Source of the DNA: Balanoglossus misakiensis
Lineage: Eukaryota > Animalia > Hemichordata
Length of the DNA: 64,000 nucleotides
Reading direction: 5' to 3'
Assembly: GCA_040954595.2 (NCBI GenBank)
Contig: CM082585.2
Coordinates: forward strand, 696,814-760,813
The notes below the pieces were generated by a model. That model had not been told where the DNA came from and did no database searches. It saw nothing but the letters and a program-made list of their open reading frames with translations. Both the position numbers and the translations under genes were made by a program. Of this stretch, positions 13,801 to 26,324 are shown piece by piece. Every line of letters starts with the position of its first letter. Within the stretch, counting starts at the first letter, position 1.

Positions 13801-15590
13801 CGCAAAATTCGACAACTGCTGGTCAGATTGATTTGGAAATTGGTATGCAAGTACCTTATGTCTACCTCATACAGTCCTGTATGTTTTGAGCTAATTTTGA
13901 TTTTCTATTTTTGATGCATTTGTTTGTATTTTTCAACATTATTGGTAAAAAATCGTCATATGAAACTAAAATTACCGTCGAATCATCCAGTGTGAGTTAG
14001 CACTGTAATTAGCAAAAGTTATAAATCCACAGTTACCCAGCAAATTTGATATAATGCTTCACATAGGTATTGGTTTGAACATCCTTCAGAAAGGGTATGA
14101 ATATTTTAAATTTTTTACTGTTGCAACCCAGACTAGTTTATTTCTGAATAAACAGAGAAATGACAACCTGATAGATTATTCTTCTGTACTAAAGACATAT
14201 GCAGACACAAGAAATAGTCTGTACATTTTCAGTAGATTACTAAAACAGTGTAGGTACATTGTACTATAAACTGAGGAAGATTAGTGACTATTGTTTGCCA
14301 AAAATGGTCCCAAGTCATTTCTCAAGCATAGCAGAATAGTAGCTTTGAGTAGCAAAGTGTGATGATTTAAAATGTAAAAAGACAACACCAATCTCTAGCT
14401 CTGCTCTCAGCACTGCAAAAGTTATCTGACAGGTAGATAGATGTTCAGTCATCCTATGTCTGTCAACATTTTTCTTTTCTGAAATCACTGGCGCAAGTGC
14501 TTTTAAAATTGGTGTGCAGGTTTCTTGGGGTAGCGAAGTAATGTGTGTTCAAATTGTGTTGAATTCTGCATATTTGTAGTTTGGAACAAGTTTTTTGCTG
14601 TTTTTGGAAGAAAAAAGCTAAGCTCGTAGATTACTTTGACTATGCAGGTTTCTAGGTATGACACAAGTTGTTTCTTCAAAATATGGTGAAATTTGCATAT
14701 TTGGGGGGAAATTTTCTCTGAAATTTAGTATTGATCTCCCTGAGGTATGTGACATAATCTGTAATTTTGTATTTTGGAGACAGTTGCCTTTTTGTACAAA
14801 CAAAAAATCTTGTCAGAATATGCATGTCTGATTACCATGTCCACAGGGGTGATCTACTTTTATTTACATTATAACCGAATCTGTAAAGTTTTCATAATGA
14901 TCTTTAAAATAGGTACGTCTAATTGTTTTGATCTTTGGTATGAATTGTCCCTTGGTGATCTTAGTCAATGCTTTTGAAATTCCGCTGAATATTGCATTAT
15001 TATTTTGTCTGAGTCTGAAGAGTAGTCATCATCTCTGAAACCCCTTGACCTAAGTCAGGTGTCAAATAGTACAATTTGCAGATTTGTTGCATTGGAGATA
15101 TTGTTGCAGTTTTTGAAATTCAAGATGGCTGCCAATGTCTGTGTTAACTCTATGGAAAAACATTTATGTAAATACTTTTCTGAAAACAAGGCGGTGAATA
15201 TCACATTTTTGTTTACAAACAGTAATAAAAATAGCTATCATTGTTTCTGAAAATCCTAACTTGTAGGATTCTTTTTCAATCGGCACGAGGTGGTAAAAAG
15301 ATGTGCAGCTTTTGACTTATTACAGGCTTACACTTTGTTAGTAATATGAGTCCCTATTGGTATTGTGCTGGGTTTTTAGGAGCTTGGGCCCCATTCCCTG
15401 GATATTTTTTACACCTTGCTCTGAAAACCCGCCACACCTATGCTTCTTGAATTTGTCACAGTTGTCCTTGCCAATGAGTGTGCACCTTGAAATTCAAATC
15501 AGTCATTTGACCTGGCAGCCATATTCAGTTGAAATTGTTAAATAAATGCAAATTAGCTGGGAAAATTTGAAATTGGTCAAAACCACTGGT
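10870..15590. mobile_element. Further HINE-like copies and fragments of the taggtcccat family
   Basis: Heads at about 10871, 11366 and 13343 with GTAT/GTCT microsatellites and the same core motifs (atgcaaattagct, ggtatgcaagtacctt). Confidence 0.55.
13412..13609. mobile_element. ~200-bp TA-target MITE (Tc1/mariner-like), cgcgaaa family
   Basis: ta|ctgta...tacag|ta termini; inserted in a HINE microsatellite; relatives at 44786-44991, 45225-45419, 45466-45671 and 51314-51504. Confidence 0.75.
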
Positions 15591-15592
15591 CA

Positions 15593-18500
15593 GATTGATT
15601 TGACAATTGGTATGCAAGTACCTTATGTCAACCACATACAGTCCTGTATTTTGAATAGTTTGAATGTTCTATTTTTATGCATTTTTTGCCTTTTTCCTCA
15701 TTTTTGGTAAAAAATCTACTTTTCTAAAATTGATGAGACGACTTCTTTGAAATTTAGTATGAAGCTTCATATAGGTGATATGAGTTAGCATACTTTTGTT
15801 AAAATGTTGCAAAATTTGCATATTCATAATTTTGGAGCAATTTCGGCCGTTTTTGAATTTTTTTTTTTAAACCGGTTGTTACATTGCTTTAAAATTTGTT
15901 AGTCATGTTAGGGGTAGCTCAAGTAAGATTTGCATGTATGTTTTTCAAATCAACTTGATGAATTGAATAGTATATTTTTGGGATGATTTTTGCCATTTTT
16001 GGTCAAAACTCTTCTCAGAACCCCCCACAGCACGTGAAATATCCCATGAATCATTCTGGTTTGTACAACCAGAGATTACTCGGTCAAACCAGGCAAAGTT
16101 CACATGTGTAGAGAAAATTGTAGACCACTAATACAAATTTTGAGAGCATGCTTTAAAGGCGAATCTTATTGTCAATTACCATTTCAAATGATAAACAAAA
16201 TCATGCATTATTGAAAGAGGAGATACAAATTTTATAAAATAAGCAATTGCATAGCCAGCCGATACAAAAAAGTTTGAAGTAAAACAGGGACACTTGAAAC
16301 ACTTGTTTAATCAAACAAAACGATATTGATTTTTTTCTATAGACAGAACAATGGAAATTTACATGTTAACTTTCAACAGAGACTGGCCACCTCAGTTAGT
16401 CATTGCTTCTTTCCTCCTAAGTGTGACATTTGACGTACATGAATGAATACTTTGATTTCTATGGCTTTTAAATCTTGATTTTGAAATGTTCACTCTAATT
16501 CCTCAACATATTTTTTCTAGATAAATCTTAATACAGTTATATGTACTTCATATCATTGTTAGTATCTAAAACAGAAAGTAATTAAATGGACAATCTCGAT
16601 GATACAAATCATGGAGAGTTGTGGGTAAAATATCGTACTGTGCCCCCTTTACCCCACTGCTTTGAAATTTGATTTGAAGGTTTCAGGGTTTGTTCTCATG
16701 ATAATTTACAGATTGATTTGACAATTGGTATGCAAGTACCTTATGTCAACCACATACAATCCTGTATTTTTTGAACTAATAGTTTGAATGTTCTATTTTA
16801 TGCATTTTTTGCCTTTTTCCTCATTTGTGGTAAAAAATCTACTTTTCTAGAATTGATGAGTCAACTTCTTGGAAATTTTAGTATGAAGCTTCATGTAGGT
16901 GATATGAGTTACAATACTTTTGTTGAAATGTTGCAAAATTTGCATATTGATAATTTTGGAGCAATTTCAGCCTTGTTTAATTAATTTTTTTTCTCTAAAA
17001 CCGCTTGTTCCATTGCTTTAAAATTTGTTAGTCACGTTAGGGGTAGCTCAAGTAAGATTTGCATGTATGTTTTTCAAATCAACTTGATGAATTGAATAGT
17101 ATATTTTTGGGATGATTTTTGCCATTTTTGGTCAAAACTCTTCTCAGAACCCCCACAGTACGTGAAATATCCCATGAATCATTCTGGTTTGTACAACCAG
17201 AGATTACTCGGTCAAACCAGGCAAAGTTCACATGTGTAGAGAAAATTGTAGACCACTAATACAAATTTTGAGAGCATGCTTTAAAGGCGAATCTTATTGT
17301 CAATTACCATTTCAAATGATAAACAAAATCATGCATTATTGAAAGAGGAGATACAAATTTTATAAAATAAGCAATTGCATAGCCAGCCGATACAAAAAAG
17401 TTTGAAGTAAAACAGGGACACTTGAAACACTTGTTTAATCAAACAAAACGATATTGATTTTTTTCTATAGACAGAACAATGGAAATTTACATGTTAACTT
17501 TCAACAGAGACTGGCCACCTCAGTTAGTCATTGCTTCTTTCCTCCTAAGTGTGACATTTGACGTACATGAATGAATACTTTGATTTCTATGGCTTTTAAA
17601 TCTTGATTTTGAAATGTTCACTCTAATTCCTCAACATACTTTTTCTAGATAAATCTTAATACAGTTATATGTACTTCATATCATTGTTAGTATCTAAAAC
17701 AGAAAGTAATTAAATGGACAATCTCGATGATACAAATCATGGAGAGTTGTGGGTAAAATATCGTACTGTGCCCCCTTTACCCCCACTGCTTTGAAATTTG
17801 ATTTGAAGGTTTCAGGGTTTGTTCTCATGATAATTTACAGATTGATTTGACAATTGGTATGCAAGTACCTTATGTCAACCACATACAATCCTGTATTTTT
17901 TGAACTAATAGTTTGAATGTTCTATTTTATGCATTTTTTGCCTTTTTCCTCATTTGTGGTAAAAAATCTACTTTTCTAGAATTGATGAGTCAACTTCTTT
18001 GAAATTTTAGTATGAAGCTTCATGTAGGTGATATGAGTTACAATACTTTTGTTGAAATGTTGCAAAATTTGCATATTGATAATTTTGGAGCAATTTCAGC
18101 CTTGTTTAATTAATATTTTTTCTCTAAAACCGCTTGTTCAATTGCTTTAAAATTTGTTAGTCACGTTAGGGGTAGCTCAAGTAAGATTTGCATGTATGTT
18201 TTTCAAATCAACTTGATGAATTGAATAGTATATTTTTGGGATGATTTTTGCCATTTTTGGTCAAAACTCTTCTCAGAACCCCCCACAGCACGTGAAATAT
18301 CCCATGAATCATTCTGGTTTGTACAACCAGAGATTACTCGGTCAAACCAAGCAAAGTTCACATGTGTAGAGAAAATTGTAGACCACTAATACAAATTTTG
18401 AGAGCATGCTTTAAAGGCGAATCTTATTGTCAATTACCATTTCAAATGATAAACAAAATCATGCATTATTGAAAGAGGAGATACAAATTTTATAAAATAA

Positions 18501-21500
18501 GCAATTGCATAGCCAGCCGATACAAAAAAGTTTGAAGTAAAACAGGGACACTTGAAACACTTGTTTAATCAAACAAAACGATATTGATTTTTTTCTATAG
18601 ACAGAACAATGGAAATTTACATGTTAACTTTCAACAGAGACTGGCCACCTCAGTTAGTCATTGCTTCTTTCCTCCTAAGTGTGACATTTGACGTACATGA
18701 ATGAATACTTTGATTTCTATGGCTTTTAAATCTTGATTTTGAAATGTTCACTCTAATTCCTCAACATACTTTTTCTAGATAAATCTTAATACAGTTATAT
18801 GTACTTCATATCATTGTTAGTATCTAAAACAGAAAGTAATTAAATGGACAATCTCGATGATACAAATCATGGAGAGTTGTGGGTAAAATATCGTACTGTG
18901 CCCCCTTTACCCCCACTGCTTTGAAATTTGATTTGAAGGTTTCAGGGTTTGTTCTCATGATAATTTACAGATTGATTTGACAATTGGTATGCAAGTACCT
19001 TATGTCAACCACATACAATCCTGTATTTTTTGAACTAATAGTTTGAATGTTCTATTTTATGCATTTTTTGCCTTTTTCCTCATTTGTGGTAAAAAATCTA
19101 CTTTTCTAGAATTGATGAGTCAACTTCTTTGAAATTTTAGTATGAAGCTTCATGTAGGTGATATGAGTTACAATACTTTTGTTGAAATGTTGCAAAATTT
19201 GCATATTGATAATTTTGGAGCAATTTCAGCCTTGTTTAATTAATTTTTTTTCTCTAAAACCGCTTGTTCCATTGCTTTAAAATTTGTTAGTCACGTTAGG
19301 GGTAGCTCAAGTAAGATTTGCATGTATGTTTTTCAAATCAACTTGATGATTTGAATAGTATATTTTTGGGATGATTTTTGCTATTTTTGGTCAAAACTCT
19401 TCTCAGAACCCCCCACAGTACGTGAAATATCCCATGAATCATTCTGGTTTGTACAACCAGAGATTACTCGGTCAAACCAGGCAAAGTTCACATGTGTAGA
19501 GAAAATTGTAGACCACTAATACAAAGTTTGAGAGCATGCTTTAAAGGCGAATCTTATTGTCAATTACCATTTCAAATGATAAACAAAATCATGCATTATT
19601 GAAAGAGGAGATACAAATTTTATAAAATAAGCAATTGCATAGCCAGCCGATACAAAAAAGTTTGAAGTAAAACAGGGACACTTGAAACACTTGTTTAATC
19701 AAACAAAACGATATTGATTTTTTTCTATAGACAGAACAATGGAAATTTACATGTTAACTTTCAACAGAGACTGGCCACCTCAGTTAGTCATTGCTTCTTT
19801 CCTCCTAAGTGTGACATTTGACGTACATGAATGAATACTTTGATTTCTATGGCTTTTAAATCTTGATTTTGAAATGTTCACTCTAATTCCTCAACATACT
19901 TTTTCTAGATAAATCTTAATACAGTTATATGTACTTCATATCATTGTTAGTATCTAAAACAGAAAGTAATTAAATGGACAATCTCGATGATACAAATCAT
20001 GGAGAGTTGTGGGTAAAATATCGTACTGTGCCCCCTTCACCCCCACTGCTTTGAAATTTGATTTGAAGGTTTCAGGGTTTGTTCTCATGATAATTTACAG
20101 ATTGATTTGACAATTGGTATGCAAGTACCTTATGTCAACCACATACAATCCTGTATTTTTTGAACTAATAGTTTGAATGTTCTATTTTATGCATTTTTTG
20201 CCTTTTTCCTCATTTGTGGTAAAAAATCTACTTTTCTAGAATTGATGAGTCAACTTCTTTGAAATTTTAGTATGAAGCTTCATGTGGTGATATGAGTTAC
20301 AATACTTTTGTTGAAATGTTGCAAAATTTGCATATTGATAATTTTGGAGCAATTTCAGCCTTGTTTAATTAATTTTTTTTCTCTAAAACCGCTTGTTCCA
20401 TTGCTTTAAAATTTGTTAGTCACGTTAGGGGTAGCTCAAGTAAGATTTGCATGTATGTTTTTCAAATCAACTTGATGATTTGAATAGTATATTTTTGGGA
20501 TGATTTTTGCCATTTTTGGTCAAAACTCTTCTCAGAACCCCCCACAGTACGTCAAATATCCCATGAATCATTCTGGTTTGTACAACCAGAGATTACTCGG
20601 TCAAACCAGGCAAAGTTCACATGTGTAGAGAAAATTGTAGACCACTAATACAAATTTTGAGAGCATGCTTTAAAGGCGAATCTTATTGTCAATTACCATT
20701 TCAAATGATAAACAAAATCATGCATTATTGAAAGAGGAGATACAAATTTTATAAAATAAGCAATTGCATAGCCAGCCGATACAAAAAAGTTAGAAGTAAA
20801 ACAGGGACACTTGAAACACTTGTTTAATCAAACAAAACGATATTGATTTTTTTCTATAGACAGAACAATGGAAATTTACATGTTAACTTTCAACAGAGAC
20901 TGGCCACCTCAGTTAGTCATTGCTTCTTTCCTCCTAAGTGTGACATTTGACGTACATGAATGAATACTTTGATTTCTATGGCTTTTAAATCTTGATTTTG
21001 AAATGTTCACTCTAATTCCTCAACATACTTTTTCTAGATAAATCTTAATACAGTTATATGTACTTCATATCATTGTTAGTATCTAAAACAGAAAGTAATT
21101 AAATGGACAATCTCGATGATACAAATCATGGAGAGTTGTGGGTAAAATATCGTACTGTGCCCCCTTTACCCCCACTGCTTTGAAATTTGATTTGAAGGTT
21201 TCAGGGTTTGTTCTCATGATAATTTACAGATTGATTTGACAATTGGTATGCAAGTACCTTATGTCAACCACATACAATCCTGTATTTTTTGAACTAATAG
21301 TTTGAATGTTCTATTTTATGCATTTTTTGCCTTTTTCCTCATTTGTGGTAAAAAATCTACTTTTCTAGAATTGATGAGTCAACTTCTTTGAAATTTTAGT
21401 ATGAAGCTTCATGTGGTGATATGAGTTACAATACTTTTGTTGAAATGTTGCAAAATTTGCATATTGATAATTTTGGAGCAATTTCAGCCTTGTTTAATTA

Positions 21501-22756
21501 ATTTTTTTTCTCTAAAACCGCTTGTTCCATTGCTTTAAAATTTGTTAGTCACGTTAGGGGTAGCTCAAGTAAGATTTGCATGTATGTTTTTCAAATCAAC
21601 TTGATGATTTGAATAGTATATTTTTGGGATGATTTTTGCCATTTTTGGTCAAAACTCTTCTCAGAACCCCCCACAGTACGTGAAATATCCCATGAATCAT
21701 TCTGGTTTGTACAACCAGAGATTACTCGGTCAAACCAGGCAAAGTTCACATGTGTAGAGAAAATTGTAGACCACTAATACAAATTTTGAGAGCATGCTTT
21801 AAAGGCGAATCTTATTGTCAATTACCATTTCAAATGATAAACAAAATCATGCATTATTGAAAGAGGAGATACAAATTTTATAAAATAAGCAATTGCATAG
21901 CCAGCCGATACAAAAAAGTTTGAAGTAAAACAGGGACACTTGAAACACTTGTTTAATCAAACAAAACGATATTGATTTTTTTCTATAGACAGAACAATGG
22001 AAATTTACATGTTAACTTTCAACAGAGACTGGCCACCTCAGTTAGTCATTGCTTCTTTCCTCCTAAGTGTGACATTTGACGTACATGAATGAATACTTTG
22101 ATTTCTATGGCTTTTAAATCTTGATTTTGAAATGTTCACTCTAATTCCTCAACATACTTTTTCTAGATAAATCTTAATACAGTTATATGTACTTCATATC
22201 ATTGTTAGTATCTAAAACAGAAAGTAATTAAATGGACAATCTCGATGATACAAATCATGGAGAGTTGTGGGTAAAATATCGTACTGTGCCCCCTTTACCC
22301 CCACTGCTTTGAAATTTGATTTGAAGGTTTCAGGGTTTGTTCTCATGATAATTTACATATTGATTTGACAATTGGTATGCAAGTACCTTATGTCAACCAC
22401 ATACAATCCTGTATTTTTTGAACTAATAGTTTGAATGTTCTATTTTATGCATTTTTTGCCTTTTTCCTCATTTGTGGTAAAAATCTACTTTTCTAGAATT
22501 GATGAGTCATCTTCTTTGAAATTTTATTATGAAGCTTCATGTAGGTGATATGAGTTACAATACTTTTGTTGAAATGTTGCAAAATTTTGCATATTGATAA
22601 TTTTGGAGCAATTTCAGCCTTGTTTAATTATTTTTTTTTCTCTAAAACCGCTTGTTCCATTGCTTTAAAATTTGTTAGTCATGTTAGGGGTAGCTCAAGT
22701 AAGATTTGCATGTATGTTTTTCAAATCAACTTGATGAATTGAATAGTATATTTTTG
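15593..22756 (+). repeat. Tandem array of ~1.13-kb units, about 6.3 near-identical copies
   Basis: The marker ttgatttgacaattggtatgcaagtacc recurs at about 15593, 16711, 17840, 18970, 20100, 21229 and 22358. Confidence 0.95.
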
Positions 22757-22760
22757 GCGG

Positions 22761-23057
22761 ATCAAATCAAATCAAATCAAAACAAACATTTATAAAGTGC
22801 CAGAATCAATAACAATGTTATTTCCAAAGGCGCTGAAAGTATAACATCAGTGTTCGTAGGCTTTGACAAATAGAAATGTCTTGAGTTTTTGTTTGAAAAT
22901 GTTGAGACTAGAAGCCTGTTGAATGTCAGATGGCAGAGAATTCCAAAGTTGTGGCGCGACAAGGAAAAAGGCACATCCACCATATGTTTTAAGTCTGTAC
23001 TTTTGTACACACAACTGGTTCCTTGAGCTGGAGCGCAGAGCCCGACTTGGCTTATAT
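22761..23057 (-). mobile_element. 5'-truncated non-LTR retrotransposon 3' end (CR1/L2/Crack group)
   Basis: Minus-strand peptide YKPSRALRSS...APQLWNSLPSDIQQASSLNIFKQKLKTFLF is typical of the CR1/L2 ORF2 C-terminus; followed by an (ATTTG)n tail. Confidence 0.85.
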
Positions 23058-23819
23058 GATTTTTGATTTGATTTGGTTTCAGGGTGATTTCTCATGATGA
23101 TTTACAAAACCTATGACTGATTACTTTGAAATTTGAGTAGGAAGTTAATTGGATGTGTTTGTTTAGATAATGGAATCAAATAAAGTTATTCATTCTTCAC
23201 CTTCATTCTTCACCTCATTTCATTTATTGGCTGGTTTGTCTATTGTATCAGGGAAGACTACTTGCCATCCCACCCCACCGATGCAAACTTTGAGTGGCAA
23301 AAGTAAAATTTTTCGTAACATTGAGTTAATTTGCTTTTGGGCTCACTAAAATGCAACTTTGAGCTCTGTATTTGTACAAAATTTTCATTAATTGGCTGGT
23401 TTGTCTATTGTACCAGGCCAGCATACATAAGATCAAGATGTTTTCGGGGGTGGGGGGGGGGGGGCATCATATTTTATTGCCTCTCTATGTGTGTGTCTGT
23501 CTGTCTGTACTCCTGTGTAGACTTTTTCTAGTGTAATCACTGAATGAGACCACAGTGTCCTTGACGCTATTTTTTGCGATTTTCAATGACCCTGGGGTAA
23601 CCTTTGGACAGCTTTCATATATCTTGGTATTCACAGCAGAATACAGCCTTGGCATACCCTGGTAACCATGGGAACCGTTTGGGCCCAACCAATGGTGCTG
23701 GCAGCGTTAATTTTTAAATGATTTCTTCTTGTCGTTTTCTTTATCAATATGATGACTTGACCAAATCAGATTATTAAAATAATTTCATTCTTTTTTTACA
23801 TTAGGTTCTTTGGTAACAC

Positions 23820-24440
23820 TGCTGCTGGAGGGAGTGTAATATTTGTAACGACGTCGCCACCTAATACTGTACTGGAGGTATGAACTTAAACTTGTAACGA
23901 CGCCGCTACCTAATACTGTACTGGAGAGATGAAGTTAATACTTGTAACGACGCCGCCACCTAATACTGTACTGGAGAGATGAAGTTAATACTTGTAACGA
24001 CGCCGCCACCTAATACTGTACTGGAGAGATGAAGTTAATACTTGTAACGACGCCGCCACATAATACTGTACTGGAGAGATGAAGTTAATACTTGTAACGA
24101 CGCCGCCACCTAATACTGTACTGGAGAGATGAACTTAATACTTGTAACGACGCCGCCACCTAATACTGTACTGGAGAGATGAACTTAATACTTGTAACGA
24201 CGCCGCCACCTAATACTGTACTGGAGAGATGAAGTGAATACTTGTAACGAAGCCGCCACCTAATACTGTACTGGAGAGATGAAGTTAATACTTGTAACGA
24301 CGCCGCCACCTAATACTGTACTGGAGAGATGAACTTAATACTTGTAACGACGCCGCCACCTTATACTGTACTGGAGGGATGAACTTAAACCTGTAACGAC
24401 GCCATATGATGCTCCTGTGACCAGAGGGATGAACGACGCC
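23820..24440 (+). repeat. 50-bp minisatellite, about 12 copies
   Basis: Unit cttgtaacgacgccgccacctaatactgtactggagagatgaagttaata. Confidence 0.95.
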
Positions 24441-24589
24441 ATGATTTGTTGATCTGATCTAATTAATAATATTCATTCTTTTTTTTCAATAGGTTCATTG
24501 GTATTATCATCGCCGGAGGGAGTCTAATCAATATCTACAACAACGCCGCACCAGATAACAATATCAAAACCAGAGGGATGCTGTCAATA

Positions 24590-24763
24590 GGTTAGGCTAA
24601 TAAAAATGGTTTAATCTGAGGGAATGGTAAAGGGTTGGTGTATGAATATGTTAGGGTAATAAAAAATGGTATAATCTAACGGAATGGTGAAGGGTTGGTG
24701 TATAAACAGGTTAGGCTAATAAAAATGGTATAATCTAATGAAATGGTGAAGGGTTGGTGTATG
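24590..24763 (+). repeat. ~60-bp tandem repeat, 3 copies
   Basis: gttagg(c/g)taataaaaatggt.taatct...gaatggt(g/a)aagggttggtgtat three times. Confidence 0.85.
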
Positions 24764-25186
24764 ATGACTAATAAGACATTGTGCACAAGGGTACTATAAT
24801 AAAACTGTCTGCAAGGGTATAATATTATGGTTTCAAGGGTATGATAAGTAATTAAAATACTATAAAAACATGAGTAATGCCACGTGGTAAATAAAAACTG
24901 TACATGTACAGAGGGTAAATACCGGTATAATATATAAAGGTGTTAACATCAATAGTGTAATAATAAAAAAATGGGTAACACATGGTTTTGGTGGTATAAT
25001 AATAATAAAATGGTATTAACTTGATGGTATAAACATTATGGGATGTGTATAAACGGTGTTAATATTACAAAGGTATAATGATTAGTTGGGGTGTAATAAT
25101 AAGAAATTTAAAATCATTGGGTAATTTATTAGTGTCAGGTTGGGTAAAATAATTGTTGCTATGCATTCGTGTAATAATTGTCTGCG

Positions 25187-25382
25187 GATTTTTTGCAGCG
25201 TTACCCGCGTTCGCGTTCTTCATTGCAGGTCGCTCGTCATGTAATGGAATTTCGCCGTGTGCCCGTTTGATTCGCCGATGGATTTTTTACAACGTTACCC
25301 GCGTTCGCGTTCTTCATCGCAGTTGGATCGTCGTGTAATGGAATTTCGCCGTGTGCCCGTTTGATTCGCCGATGGATTTTTT
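25187..25382 (+). repeat. ~93-bp CpG-rich tandem duplication, 2 copies
   Basis: cgttacccgcgttcgcgttcttcat...ggaatttcgccgtgtgcccgtttgattcgccgatggattttt twice. Confidence 0.85.
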
Positions 25383-26324
25383 GCTTTCGTCATCGTAATT
25401 CCCGCATCAACACGAATCCTCAATCTCGCGTAACAACAATACATCAAAATGTACACAGAAAAATAGGAGTCGGCAAGACAATTCTGGTTAGTTTGAGCCC
25501 CAACCTTTTAAAATTCACAACGGGGGAGGGGGCAGTTTTTCCTCATTTTATATTTGGCTCGAGGTTTTTAACTGTCCCCAGGCGCGTAAAGTTAGTTAGT
25601 TTATCACACAGTATGTAATTATCTTGCTTGATTTAAAAAAACACTAAAATTGTATGGGGGAGCTTCTTGCGATTTGCACTTAAGAAACTGATGGTTTGTA
25701 CCCATAGATAATATTTAGTATTAAGCACATAATTGCCTGGAAATAAAAATTAACTCAAGGGTAGAATGCAACAGTTAATTTTGTGCAATATCAACAGGAG
25801 CTATTTTGGCACATTATTTCAGTTTGATAAACACTGTTTTGCTCATTGTTTCATTTCGACCACATTATTTCAGTTTGATAAACACTGTTTTTGCTTATTG
25901 TTTCATTTCAACCACTTTTGTCACCTTGTTTTAAATTGAATGCAAGCATTGTTTCTGTTTGACCACTACTTGGGGTAATTGTTCCAAATTGGTATGCAAG
26001 ATATTTTACATCAGCAGTTAGCCATCTAGCCACACTTTAGCTGCACAGCATATGAAAAATAATGAAATTCATGCTAAAAGCAAAAAAGTATTATGGGTAT
26101 AATGCCATTGCAGCATTGGCGGTTCGACTCCGTCGATACTTACTTTGAAGCATAAGTCTTCATTATTTTTCATATGTAATAAATAAAACTCTTCCAAATT
26201 CATATCTTTGTTTTCAGTTTGTGCTTTTGCTTCAGTTAGGGGGCCCACACTTACCAAACCTGTCTTGCCATCTTTTCACATTTCTTCAAATATGCAGCGC
26301 CAGCAGTAGGCAGTATTTGATCAA

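Noticed and set aside
23095-23120. C/D box snoRNA (atgatga...ctga)
   Set aside because: The boxes are only about 25 nt apart and lie within repeat-derived sequence.
109-26257. Numerous 60-140 aa ORFs in the track
   Set aside because: No recognisable domains apart from the LINE fragment; most start at TTG/GTG inside TE remnants.
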